The notes under the pieces are model-generated. The model saw nothing but the letters and a program-made list of their open reading frames with translations, had not been told where the DNA came from and searched no databases. From an uncultured delta proteobacterium (GTDB lineage: Bacteria; Desulfobacterota; Binatia; HRBIN30; BPIQ01), in contig CAVXGR010000015.1 of the NCBI GenBank assembly GCA_963761335.1, forward strand, positions 352,001 through 416,000: DNA of 64,000 bases, written 5' to 3'. The first letter of the stretch is position 1; each line of letters starts with the position of its first letter. Positions 39,921 to 49,468 of this stretch are shown piece by piece. Position numbers and translations under genes: made by a program.

Positions 39921-41828
39921 TCACCCACCGCCTGGCCCCTCCCCGAAGACCGGGGTCACCCGCTCCCATGCCGGAACGCGCTCGCCGGAGGGGGTGCTCT
40001 CGGTGAGCTCGGCGATGACGCCGTGCTCGGGCGCCAGGGTGATCAGGCGGATGGTGACGTCGGTGTCGGGGTGGAGCGCGAAGATCAGGGCGCGCTGTGC
40101 CGGCTGGATCGGGCGCCTCGAATCGCCGGAGATGATCTCGCCACCGCCGGCGGCGTTGAAGCGGAAGACGGCGTTGGTCTCCGGGCCTTCCCAGTGCCCC
40201 CGCCACACGTGCGTCGCCGAGTCGCTGCAGCGGAAGTTGTCGAAGGTGATGCGCGGCTGGAAGAGCACCGGCACCTCTCCGCGCATGACCCGGTCGCGGC
40301 ACCATACCTCGTACGCCCAGCCGTGCCGGCGCATCCATGACCAGTTACGCGCTTCGAGCCTGAACATGAAGGCGCGGCCGAACGTGGTCACCCGCTGCTG
40401 CCCGAGCAGGCGCGTGTAGAAGGGCGCGAGCGCCCCAACGCTCTGGTCGAAGGCGTAGATCGAGGCCACGTCGTCCTTCGGAAACCAGTTGTCGACGCGC
40501 AACAGCTCGTAGTCGTGGTCGACGAGCTTGTGGGGGTCGAAGTGGTAGCTGATTCCCTGGTTGATGATCAGCCGCGGGTGGGGTGGCAGGGGAATGGCCT
40601 CCACCAGCGCCGAGCGCTCGGGGTCGAAGCGCTCGCTGGTTCCCTTCGGCCAGAACGCCGGTGAGAAGTAGAGCATGGCCCCCTGGAAGCCGATGACCGC
40701 GGCGGCGGCAGCGGCGACGGCGGTACGCGGCCAGCGCCAGGGGATGACATTCAGGGCGCTGGCGGCGGCCAATGCCGGGAAGGGGAAGGCCATGAGCAGG
40801 CGGTGCGTGCTGGGGGCCACGCCGGTGCTCAACAGTGTCGGCGCCAGACCGACGACGAAGCCGCCGAGGAGGAAGAGGCCGCGGCGCAGCCCGGTCAGAC
40901 AGCCGATCACGGCGAGAATCAGAATCAGGGGCGGGTGCATCGCCGCCGTGCGAATCGTCTGCCAGCCGTCCAGCGCCTTGGGTGCCACGAAGGTCTCGAG
41001 CGCTGCGCTCGCCTGCGTCTCGAGCGTCTTCAACGGTGCCTCCAGATAGCCGCGTTCGAACTTGGTGCTCATGTCGCCGCCGAAGACGTTCACCGGGCGC
41101 GAGCGCAGGAACGGGGTCCACAGCAGAAGAGCGAGGAGCGGGATGGCGACACACCACAGCCGATTGCGGCCGCGCGCCAGAAGCGCGGCGCCCAGGCACA
41201 GTGCCGGCATGGCGCGGCCGGCATAGTAGTCGTAGAGCAGGAGCGTCTGCCCGAGGGTGCCGACGGCGATCGCCGCCGCCTCCTCCCAGCCGTTGCGGCG
41301 CCGCATCACCAGGGCGGCGAGCGCGGCGATCAGCAGAAGCTCGTGGAAGACCATCTCGCCCCCGAGCGACATGCGGCCGTAGAAGAGCGACCAGGGCAAG
41401 GTGGCGATGAAGGCCGCCGCCGCCAGGCTCGGCGCCGCCGCCAGGCCGAGGGCGCGCGCCGCCCCGAACGCCGCCGGTGTCGCCAGCACGCTGGTCGCCA
41501 TCGAGTAGCTGCGCACCGCCCAGCGCCCCGGCCCGATCAGCGGCACCAGCTGCGCCTGGAAGAGGGCGTTGAGGAGCACGGGAATGCCGGTGCAGCCCTC
41601 GTGCGCCAGGTGACCGGCCCGCATCTCCTGAGCGGCGCAGTAGAGCACCTTGGGCTCGTCCTGATCGAAGCCCGGCGGATAGCTCTCGGTGTAGACCAGC
41701 CGCAGCGAGGCGGCCACGCCGATGAGAGCGACCAGCACCGCCAGCGTCGCCATTGTCTCGCGCCGCAGGAGCCACCACAGAGCGGCGGCGTAGGCCAGTA
41801 GAATGGCGACGGTGAGGAACAGGGCCAA
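39921..41828 (-). CDS. GT-C fold membrane glycosyltransferase (ArnT/PMT-like)
   Basis: PPGFDQDE after the first TMs, many TM helices, soluble C-terminal domain. Confidence 0.7.
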   Translation of the reverse strand: MALFLTVAILLAYAAALWWLLRRETMATLAVLVALIGVAASLRLVYTESYPPGFDQDEPKVLYCAAQEMRAGHLAHEGCTGIPVLLNALFQAQLVPLIGPGRWAVRSYSMATSVLATPAAFGAARALGLAAAPSLAAAAFIATLPWSLFYGRMSLGGEMVFHELLLIAALAALVMRRRNGWEEAAAIAVGTLGQTLLLYDYYAGRAMPALCLGAALLARGRNRLWCVAIPLLALLLWTPFLRSRPVNVFGGDMSTKFERGYLEAPLKTLETQASAALETFVAPKALDGWQTIRTAAMHPPLILILAVIGCLTGLRRGLFLLGGFVVGLAPTLLSTGVAPSTHRLLMAFPFPALAAASALNVIPWRWPRTAVAAAAAAVIGFQGAMLYFSPAFWPKGTSERFDPERSALVEAIPLPPHPRLIINQGISYHFDPHKLVDHDYELLRVDNWFPKDDVASIYAFDQSVGALAPFYTRLLGQQRVTTFGRAFMFRLEARNWSWMRRHGWAYEVWCRDRVMRGEVPVLFQPRITFDNFRCSDSATHVWRGHWEGPETNAVFRFNAAGGGEIISGDSRRPIQPAQRALIFALHPDTDVTIRLITLAPEHGVIAELTESTPSGERVPAWERVTPVFGEGPGGG

Positions 41829-41880
41829 CGCCGGGGTATATCGAGGTTGGGTGAATGGTTGTCAAGGCGGGCCGTTGTCC

Positions 41881-41931
41881 CCCGTGCCCGTGCCCGTGCC
41901 CGTGCCCGTGCCCGTGCCCGTGCCCGTGCCC
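41881..41931. repeat. (CCCGTG)8 microsatellite in divergent intergenic region
   Basis: Perfect hexamer tandem repeat. Confidence 0.92.
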
Positions 41932-42028
41932 GGCGCCGGGGCACGGCTCTTTTGCAAATCCGGATGCCGTTCGCGGGGGCGGACTGCTGGCTCGACCTGC
42001 CCGGTATTCCCGGTTATGAGATCCGCCC

Positions 42029-43051
42029 ATGACGCGGCTCGGTGTGGCGTTGGTGGGCGCCGGATACTGGGGTCCGAAGATCGCCCGGAACCTCGCCGGC
42101 GCCGGGGGCTGCGAGCTGCTCTGGGTCTGCGACCTGGTCGAAGCCCGGGCCGAGTCGGTCGCCATCTTGCACGGCGCGTCCCCGACGGCCTCGATCGATG
42201 CCGTTCTCGACGACCCGCGGGTCGCCGCTGTGGCGATCGCCACGCCCGCCGCCACCCACGCGGAGCTGGCGCGCCGTTGTCTGCAGGCCGGCCGGCACGT
42301 GTTGGTGGAGAAGCCGTTCGCGTTGTCAGTCGCCGAGGCCCGCGACCTGGCGGAGCTGGCGTGCAGGCGCAGGCTGGTTGCCATGTGCGACCACACCTAT
42401 TGTTTCTCGGCCCCCGGTCTTGCGGTCCGCAAGCTGGTGCGGAGCGGCGGCCTGGGCGAGATTGCCTACATCGATTCGGTGCGAGTCAATCGCGGTGTCG
42501 TGCAGCCCGACGTCGACGTCTTCTGGGACTTGGCGCACCACGACATCGCCATTCTGGATCAGGCGCTGTCGCCCGATGAGGCAGTGGTGGCGATCCAGGC
42601 GGAAGCGTCGGATCCCATCGGCGCGGGCCGCGCCTGTATCGGCGACCTGACCCTGCAGCTGGCGGGGGGGGCGACCGCTCACGTGCGGGTCAGCTGGCTG
42701 CATCCCACCAAGGTACGCACCTTCGTCGTCGGAGGGCGCCAGCAGACCCTGGTCTGGGATGACCTCGACCCCACTCCTCTGCGGCTGTATCCGGCGTTGC
42801 GTGGCGACAGAAGCGCGCTCGAGACGCTGCCGAATGGGCGCGCCGGGGGCGGCCCCGTGGAGATCCCGACCTGGGAGCCCTTGAGCGAGGTGGTGCGCCA
42901 GTTCCTCGACGCGGTGCGCGACACGCCCAAGCCGATGGCGACGCTCGATGCCGAGCTGCGCGTTCTGTCGGTGCTGGAGGCTGCCTCGCGCAGCCTTCGC
43001 GACGGGGGAAGCGCCGTGGCGATCGAGGCCACAGGTGACACGCGCAGATGA
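42029..43051 (+). CDS. Gfo/Idh/MocA oxidoreductase (nucleotide-sugar type)
   Basis: GAGYWG, HVLVEKP, WDLAHHD, VSWLHP.K.R. Confidence 0.9.
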   Translation: MTRLGVALVGAGYWGPKIARNLAGAGGCELLWVCDLVEARAESVAILHGASPTASIDAVLDDPRVAAVAIATPAATHAELARRCLQAGRHVLVEKPFALSVAEARDLAELACRRRLVAMCDHTYCFSAPGLAVRKLVRSGGLGEIAYIDSVRVNRGVVQPDVDVFWDLAHHDIAILDQALSPDEAVVAIQAEASDPIGAGRACIGDLTLQLAGGATAHVRVSWLHPTKVRTFVVGGRQQTLVWDDLDPTPLRLYPALRGDRSALETLPNGRAGGGPVEIPTWEPLSEVVRQFLDAVRDTPKPMATLDAELRVLSVLEAASRSLRDGGSAVAIEATGDTRR

Positions 43052-44019
43052 AGATCGACGGCGCGCGCGTTCTCATCACCGGCGGTGCGGGGCTCATCGG
43101 CTCGACCATCGCCGATCAGCTGCTCCGGCTCGACGTTCGCGAGGTCGTCGCGCTCGACAACTTCACCCGCGGCAACCGCGAGAACCTGGCCGGCCCCATG
43201 TCGAGCGGGCGGGTGACGCTGGTCGAAGGCGACGTTCGCGACTCGCAGCTGCTGTCGCGCTGCATGGCCGGCATCGACCTGGTCTTCCACGAGGCGGCGA
43301 TTCGCATCACCCAGTGCGCCGAAGAGCCGCGCCTGGCGCTGGAGGTGCTGGCCGACGGTACCTTCAATGTCCTCGACGCGGCGCGGAAGGCCGGGGCTCG
43401 CAAGGTCATCGCCGCTTCCTCGGCTTCCCTGTACGGCTTGGCGGAGAGCTTCCCGACGCCCGAGTCGCATCATCCGTACGGCAATCGGACCCTCTACGGC
43501 GCCGCCAAGGCGTTCAACGAAGGGCTGTTGCGCAGCTTCAACGAGATGTACGGGCTCGACTACGTGACGCTGCGCTACTTCAACGTCTACGGCCCGCGCA
43601 TGGACAGCCACGGCGCCTACGTCGAGGTGCTGGTGCGCTGGATGCAGCGCATCGCCGCCGGCGAGCCGCCCGTCATCCTCGGCGATGGCACGCAGACGAT
43701 GGACTTCGTGTACGTCGACGACGTGGCGCGCGCCAACGTGCTCGCCGCGTCCAGCGATGTCAGCGATGAGGTGTTCAACGTCGCCAGCGGGACCGAGACC
43801 AGCCTCAACGAGCTGGCGCGTGAGCTGCTCGCGGCCATGGGCTCGAATCTCGAGCCGCAGCATGGCCCGCCGCGGGCGGTGAATCCTGTGCCGCGGCGCT
43901 GGGCGGATATTCGCAAGGCGCGCGAGCGTCTCGGGTTCGCGCCCCGCATCGATCTCCGCGAAGGACTGAAGCGCCTGGTCGCGTGGTGGCGAGACACGAC
44001 ACGGCGCGGCGACGCCTGA
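43048..44019 (+). CDS. NAD-dependent epimerase/dehydratase
   Basis: GGAGLIG, YGAAK, LRYFNVYGP, DFVYVDD. Confidence 0.92.
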   Translation: MKIDGARVLITGGAGLIGSTIADQLLRLDVREVVALDNFTRGNRENLAGPMSSGRVTLVEGDVRDSQLLSRCMAGIDLVFHEAAIRITQCAEEPRLALEVLADGTFNVLDAARKAGARKVIAASSASLYGLAESFPTPESHHPYGNRTLYGAAKAFNEGLLRSFNEMYGLDYVTLRYFNVYGPRMDSHGAYVEVLVRWMQRIAAGEPPVILGDGTQTMDFVYVDDVARANVLAASSDVSDEVFNVASGTETSLNELARELLAAMGSNLEPQHGPPRAVNPVPRRWADIRKARERLGFAPRIDLREGLKRLVAWWRDTTRRGDA

Positions 44020-44033
44020 AGCGAGGATCCCTC

Positions 44034-45074
44034 GTGTCGGTCGCCTGTATCGATCCCCTGTGCGATCCGCGCTGGCGGGCGCTGCTGGACCGACCTTCGG
44101 CGAGCTTGTTCCATTCGCCCGCTTGGCTCGGCGCGCTCGCCGATGCGTACGGCCTCCAGCCGCGGGCGTTCGTCGTTCTCGACGAGCAGGGGCAAGCCGT
44201 GGCCGGTTTGCCGTTCTGTCGCGTCGACGATCTGCTCGGGCACCGCGTCATATCGCTGCCCTTCTCCGACTATTGCGATCCCCTGGTCGGAGCCGCCGCC
44301 GACTGGCCGCTGTTGTTCGAGGCGGTGGCGCGCCTGTCGCTGCCGGCTCGCCTCGCGTGGCGAGAGATATCCGACATGGACGCGGGGGGACGGCTCGAAG
44401 TGATCAACCGCACGTGCTGGCACGGCATCGATCTCGGTCCCGAGCTGGAGCAGCTCTGGGGGCATCTCGCACCGTCGAGCCGCCGGGCGGTGCGCAAGGC
44501 CGAGCGCGAGAACGTCCGTGTCGAGACGCTTGCCGACGAGGTGCTGATCCCGGAGTTCATGCGCCTGCACGTGCGCCTGCGCAAGTGGAAGTATCGGCTT
44601 CTCGCGCCGCCGGTGGGGTTCTTCGAAGCGATCCGCTCGCGCCTCGCGGCGACCGGAGACTGGCACCCGCTGGCCGCCGTGCAGGGCGGGCGGGTGATCG
44701 CTGTGACCATCTACCTGCGCTGGCGCGACACGCTGTACTACAAGTTCAATGCGTCTGCGCTCGGCGCCTTGGCGTCGCGGCCGAACGACGCCCTGCTGTG
44801 GGAGGGGATACGCCTCGGCAAGCGGCTCGGTTGCCGGCGTCTGGATCTCGGCCGCAGCGACGACGAGCAGCCGGGCCTGATCCGCTTCAAGCGGCAGTAC
44901 GGTGCAGAGCAAGGGGAGATTCGCAGCATGCGCTACGTGCCGCCGGGCGGGACGGCGCCGCCCAGCGAGGCGCGAGCATTGTTGGATCGGATGACGGAGC
45001 TGCTCACCGATCCGGCAGTTCCGGACGAGATCAGCGCGCGCGTCGGCGCGCAGCTCTATCGCTTCTTCGCGTGA
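44034..45074 (+). CDS. GNAT/FemAB-like (CelD/BcsL-type) acyltransferase
   Basis: FHSPAW, SLPFSDYC, RPND.LLW, LDLGRS, GLIRFK. Confidence 0.82.
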   Translation: MSVACIDPLCDPRWRALLDRPSASLFHSPAWLGALADAYGLQPRAFVVLDEQGQAVAGLPFCRVDDLLGHRVISLPFSDYCDPLVGAAADWPLLFEAVARLSLPARLAWREISDMDAGGRLEVINRTCWHGIDLGPELEQLWGHLAPSSRRAVRKAERENVRVETLADEVLIPEFMRLHVRLRKWKYRLLAPPVGFFEAIRSRLAATGDWHPLAAVQGGRVIAVTIYLRWRDTLYYKFNASALGALASRPNDALLWEGIRLGKRLGCRRLDLGRSDDEQPGLIRFKRQYGAEQGEIRSMRYVPPGGTAPPSEARALLDRMTELLTDPAVPDEISARVGAQLYRFFA

Positions 45075-45082
45075 GCGGGCCG

Positions 45083-46015
45083 ATGCGAAAAGTTCTGGTG
45101 ACCGGAGCCGCTGGATTCATCGGCTCCAACCTGGTGCGGCGGCTGTTGCGCCAGCGCTGGGAGATCCACGTGCTGTGTCGCCCGAGCTCGCGTCTGACGC
45201 GCCTGGCCGATATCGCCGGGCGCCTCGAGATCCATCGCGTTGGGCTCGAGGATCGCCGCGGCGTCCGCCGCGCCGTGGGAGCGATCGCGCCCGAGCACAT
45301 CGTGCATCTGGCGGCCGCGGCGATGCACGGCGGCGTCGCCGCCGACGCGGCGCAGCAGGTGCGCACCAACCTGCTCGGCACGATGCATCTCATCGACGCC
45401 TGCGAGCCGATCGAGTACGCGAGCTTCCTCAACACCGGCGACGCCTTCGAGTACGGACCCGGTCGCGGCCGGCGGCGGGAGTCGGCGGCCTGCTGGCCCA
45501 CCTCGATCGACGGTATCAGCAAGCTGGCGGCAACGCTGTACGCGCGGCAAGCGGCGCGGACGCGGCGCAAGCCGATCGCCACCCTGCGGCCGTTCTCGGT
45601 CTTCGGCCCGCGCGACGATCCGCGCCGCCTGCTGCCGCGACTGATCGACGGGGCGCTGCGGGAGGCGCCGCTGCAGCTGTCGCAGCCGGCGGTGGCCCGC
45701 GATTTTCTCTTCGTCGACGATCTGGTCGACCTCTACCTGGAGGCAATGGGGGCAGCCGATCGCCTGGCGGGTCGGGTCCTCAATGCGGCGAGTGGTCGGC
45801 GAACCACACTGCGGCAAGTGGTCGATGCAGTTATCGAGCTGACCGGGTCGCAGAGCGAAGTCCGCTGGGGAGCGTACCCGACGGCGCCGCACGACTTGGA
45901 GAGCTGGGTTGCCGACATGTCGCTGACGTTCGAAGCTCTCGCCTGGCGCCCGCGGCACGATCTGCGAGCCGGTCTGGCGGCGACGCTGCGGTGGGCAAGG
46001 CGATCTAGTCGCTGA
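45083..46015 (+). CDS. NAD-dependent epimerase/dehydratase-like protein
   Basis: GAAGFIG, LRPFSVFGP, RDFLFVDD; DGISK instead of YxxxK. Confidence 0.85.
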   Translation: MRKVLVTGAAGFIGSNLVRRLLRQRWEIHVLCRPSSRLTRLADIAGRLEIHRVGLEDRRGVRRAVGAIAPEHIVHLAAAAMHGGVAADAAQQVRTNLLGTMHLIDACEPIEYASFLNTGDAFEYGPGRGRRRESAACWPTSIDGISKLAATLYARQAARTRRKPIATLRPFSVFGPRDDPRRLLPRLIDGALREAPLQLSQPAVARDFLFVDDLVDLYLEAMGAADRLAGRVLNAASGRRTTLRQVVDAVIELTGSQSEVRWGAYPTAPHDLESWVADMSLTFEALAWRPRHDLRAGLAATLRWARRSSR

Positions 46016-46835
46016 CGGCGCGGTTGGCGCGGGCATAGCGCCGAGCCTGCGCGGTCACCGGCGAGGAGCACAAGGGCAGATAGTAATCGCCGTGCACGCT
46101 GTGGCTCCACTCGACCGGCGCCAGCGAGTTGACCACGCGGATGTCGGTCGAGAAGCGCGTGGTGCAGCCGTCGTTGGTGCCGCTGCCGTGCACCAGCGAC
46201 AGGCTGAACAGCAAGGCCTCGCCGACGCGCAGCGGCACCGGCGTGGCGCGCCCTGCCAGGGACGGGTCCAGCAGCTTCGGTGCGTACGAGTAGCCGAGCT
46301 GATGCTTGGGAGAGCCGGGAGTGACATCACCGCCCGAGCCGCGCACCCACGGGTACGCCGAGTCGGGCTCGGCGTGCGAGCCGCTGACGACGCGCAGCGC
46401 AGCCTCCTCGGGCACGTCGGTGAACGGAATGAAGACGGAGATCTCGTAGGCGCTCGACCCGTAGTACGTGTCGCGGTGGAGGGGAACGGCGTCGCCCGGC
46501 CGGCCCGGCCGCACGACGCGCAGGTAGGGATACTTCTGGACGTGCAGGTCCAATCCGATGAAGCTCCGAAAGAACGCGAGGTGGCTACGGATCAGCTCGG
46601 TGCCGAAGCCTTCTCGCCAGAAGAAGGTCGAGAGATCGTGGGCGAAGGCGATGTGGCGGTCGTCGTTCTCGACCAGAGAATGGTACTCCTCGAGACTGGC
46701 GAGGCGGGGTAGGGCGGAAGCGCGAAGATGATCCAGCATTCGTTCGCCCACGCGTAGGACCGCGCCGCGATCGGGCAGGTCGACCGTCAGCCAGCCTCTC
46801 TCAGAGAACTCGGCCTGCTGCTGCTCGATGGTCAT
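46005..46835 (-). CDS. PhyH-like Fe(II)/2-oxoglutarate dioxygenase
   Basis: HRD facial-triad motif, LVHGS, TRFSTD. Confidence 0.82.
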   Translation of the reverse strand: MTIEQQQAEFSERGWLTVDLPDRGAVLRVGERMLDHLRASALPRLASLEEYHSLVENDDRHIAFAHDLSTFFWREGFGTELIRSHLAFFRSFIGLDLHVQKYPYLRVVRPGRPGDAVPLHRDTYYGSSAYEISVFIPFTDVPEEAALRVVSGSHAEPDSAYPWVRGSGGDVTPGSPKHQLGYSYAPKLLDPSLAGRATPVPLRVGEALLFSLSLVHGSGTNDGCTTRFSTDIRVVNSLAPVEWSHSVHGDYYLPLCSSPVTAQARRYARANRAVSD

Positions 46836-48036
46836 CGGCTCGCGAAGCTCCTTTCTTCTCGCGCCCACCGCTCTGCCGGGCGCGCTCGTAGATCGACAGT
46901 AGGCGGGCGCCGGCGACGGAGGGAAGATGTGTCGCTTCATAGCGCGCCCGCGCCGCAATGCCCATTCGCCGGCACTCGTCGCGGTGTGCGGCGGCCCAGC
47001 GAACCTGGCGCACCAGGGCGCCGCGATCGCCCGCGGCGAACACGAGCCCGGTCTCGCGGTGCAGCACGCTCTCGGCTCGCGTTCCGGTGTCGGCGGCGAT
47101 CACCGGCGTGGCCGCCGAGAAGCTCTCGGGGATGACCAGCGGCGCCGGCTCTTCCCACAGGGACGGCAGGAGCAGGGCGATGGCGCCTTGCATCTGGCGG
47201 GCAACGTCGGCGGGGGAGAGCGAGCCCAGATAGCGCACGCCGGGGAGCCTCTCGGCCGCAGCGCGCACCTGCGGCTCCAGGACACCGTGTCCGGCGATGC
47301 GCAGCGGCAGATCGCCGAGCTCTTCCCAGGCTTCCAGCAGTGTGTGGATACCCTTCTCGGGGGCGAGGCGTCCGGCGTAGAGGAAGTACGCGCGCTCTGA
47401 CTTGCCCGCTCCGCGATCGGGTGCCGTCTGCGGGTTGACGACGATGCGACGCGCCTCGATGCCGGCGCGCACGAAGCGGGCGCGGACCGAGGCGCTGGGG
47501 GCGATGAACAGATCGACGGCGCGGTTCCAGGTGTCGAGCAGGTGATGTGCGGCAAAGGCCGATGCCTTCACCGCGGTGCGCGACAGGCTGCCGCCGGCGC
47601 ATCGATGTCGCAGCGCCGGCCATGGGAAGGCACGCCCGATACAGAGCTCGCACGGCTGCCCATTGCGGAGCAGGGCATCGGCGGCGCAGAGGATTCGATA
47701 GTTGTGCAGCGTCTGTACCACGGGCGCGCCCGAGCGGCGGCACTCGTAGTACACCGAGGGCGTGAGCTGCGGCCAGAAGTTGTGGATGTGGACGATATCG
47801 GGGGCGAAGCTCGCCAGCAGCCCGCGCACCTTCCGGCGGCTCCGCCGCGAGTAGCCGGCCCCGATCAGCACCATTCCCTTGCCCAGCAGCGAAGCGCCGG
47901 GGCGCGCCGGCGGCCACTCGACCAGCTGCGTGGCGACCCCCATGGCTTCCAGAATCGCGCCTTCCCGCTCGACCACGTGCAGCTCGCCGCTGGGGAGGGG
48001 CTCGTGGTAGCGGTCGTGCAGGAGGAGAACTCTCAT
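46801..48036 (-). CDS. GT4 family glycosyltransferase
   Basis: DIVHIHN, TLHNYR, GRLAPEKG, PSLWEE. Confidence 0.9.
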   Translation of the reverse strand: MRVLLLHDRYHEPLPSGELHVVEREGAILEAMGVATQLVEWPPARPGASLLGKGMVLIGAGYSRRSRRKVRGLLASFAPDIVHIHNFWPQLTPSVYYECRRSGAPVVQTLHNYRILCAADALLRNGQPCELCIGRAFPWPALRHRCAGGSLSRTAVKASAFAAHHLLDTWNRAVDLFIAPSASVRARFVRAGIEARRIVVNPQTAPDRGAGKSERAYFLYAGRLAPEKGIHTLLEAWEELGDLPLRIAGHGVLEPQVRAAAERLPGVRYLGSLSPADVARQMQGAIALLLPSLWEEPAPLVIPESFSAATPVIAADTGTRAESVLHRETGLVFAAGDRGALVRQVRWAAAHRDECRRMGIAARARYEATHLPSVAGARLLSIYERARQSGGREKKGASRADDHRAAAGRVL

Positions 48037-48122
48037 CGCGGTCGCGTGGCTATCTCGCCACTGCGCCGCGATTGCAAGCGAAGGTCCCGGGAGCGCGGCC
48101 AGCTTGGCCGCAACGGCCGCGG

Positions 48123-49187
48123 TCACACCGGGCCGAGCCGAGTCGAGCTCCTCCCCTCGGGCCACGGTGCGCCGGCGATGCCGAGCCGGACGCGGTAGAG
48201 CTCGTCGCGTCCGGTCAGATACAGACCCCGCCGGTCCTCGTCGCCCCAGGCGCAGTTGGAGGGCTCGCGCAGCGTACGGATCAATCCGAGCACGGCGCCG
48301 CTCGGCGCGACGATCCACAGCCCGCTGGGGCCGGTGCAGTAGAGATTCCCCTCGCGGTCGACCTTCATGCCGTCGGGCGGCTGCCCTCTGACGTCGCTCA
48401 GGTCGAGAAAGACGATGCCGTTGGCGAGCGAGCCGTCGGCCCGCACCTCGTAGCGCATCCAGACCTTCCGGCGCGGGTCGGAGTTGGAGACGTAGAGGTA
48501 CTTCTCGTCGGGCGAGAACGCCAGGCCGTTGGGCCGCTTCATTTCGCGGCTGAGGAGCTGGAGAACGCCGCCGGCGATTCGATAGATGCCGTTGAAGCTC
48601 AGCTCTTTTTCCGGAGAGGCATCCTCGCCGATCAGACCGTGGGGCGGATCCGTGAAGTAGAGAGAGCCGTCCGACCTGTAGACGAGATCGTTCGGGCTGT
48701 TCAGGCGCTTGCCGTCGTACCGCGCGGCAAGAACCGTCAGGCTTCCGTCCGCTTCGAGCCGCGTGACCCGGCGGTTTCCGGGCTCGCAGATGGTGAGGCG
48801 GCCCTGCCGGTCGAGCGCCATGCCGTTCGAGCCCATGGCAGGCCCGGGCGGTCTGTCGCTGCCGGCGTAGCCGCTGCGCCGGCGGACCACCGACACGCCG
48901 TCCGTCGCGCTCCACCTGCGGATGACGTTGTTGGGAAGATCGCCGAAGAGCAGAGAGCCGTCCGGCATCCACACCGGGCCCTCGGTGAACTCGAAGCCCC
49001 GCGCCAAGCGTTCGACGCGGGTGCCCGCGGGTGCGATGCGCTCGAGCTCCGGAGATCTCTTCTTCACCGTTCCGGGTCGGCGGAAGGGCGCGAGGGCGTG
49101 CGCGAGCCGGTCGAAGCCCCGTCTTCGCAGTTGGTACGGCAGCCCCGCGCCCAGACGGCCGAGCCTCTCGAAGCTTCGGTGGGGCAT
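48123..49187 (-). CDS. SMP-30/gluconolactonase family protein
   Basis: FTEGPVW, SNG, LNSPND, PNGLAFSPD, PDGMKVD. Confidence 0.92.
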   Translation of the reverse strand: MPHRSFERLGRLGAGLPYQLRRRGFDRLAHALAPFRRPGTVKKRSPELERIAPAGTRVERLARGFEFTEGPVWMPDGSLLFGDLPNNVIRRWSATDGVSVVRRRSGYAGSDRPPGPAMGSNGMALDRQGRLTICEPGNRRVTRLEADGSLTVLAARYDGKRLNSPNDLVYRSDGSLYFTDPPHGLIGEDASPEKELSFNGIYRIAGGVLQLLSREMKRPNGLAFSPDEKYLYVSNSDPRRKVWMRYEVRADGSLANGIVFLDLSDVRGQPPDGMKVDREGNLYCTGPSGLWIVAPSGAVLGLIRTLREPSNCAWGDEDRRGLYLTGRDELYRVRLGIAGAPWPEGRSSTRLGPV

Positions 49188-49239
49188 CGTAGAAGGGCCT
49201 ATGTAGAAGAGCCTATGTAGAAGAGCCGCGCCGCGATGC

Positions 49240-49371
49240 TCAGCGTCTGGCCGCGAGTCGGCGAGATCCGAGTGCTGCCACGCCCAGAGCTGCGAGAACC
49301 AGAATCAGCAGGGCCGACATTGCCGGAGAGAGCGCCGGGGCCTCGCCTCCGCGCCTGTTTCCGTGCGCCAC
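49240..49371 (-). other. Orphan copy of a C-terminal sorting signal (possible 43-aa peptide or gene remnant)
   Basis: Encodes GEAPALSPAMSALLILVLAALGVAALGSRRLAARR*, paralogous to the 51080-51187 tail. Confidence 0.65.
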
Positions 49372-49468
49372 GCGCCAGGTCTCCTCTCCCGCATCGCCTG
49401 CGGGAGAGGAACAAGGTGGATCTGCGCGGCATTCAAGGAATCCGGCGCCCTCACGCCGGCCCCCGCCT

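Noticed and set aside
40345..42396. ORF with a GHGHGH metal-binding repeat
   Set aside because: Translation of the intergenic microsatellite within a shadow frame
44060..48972. 651-aa and 723-aa long ORFs
   Set aside because: Their N-terminal parts are alternate-frame overlaps of neighbouring genes; true starts are 45083 and 48036
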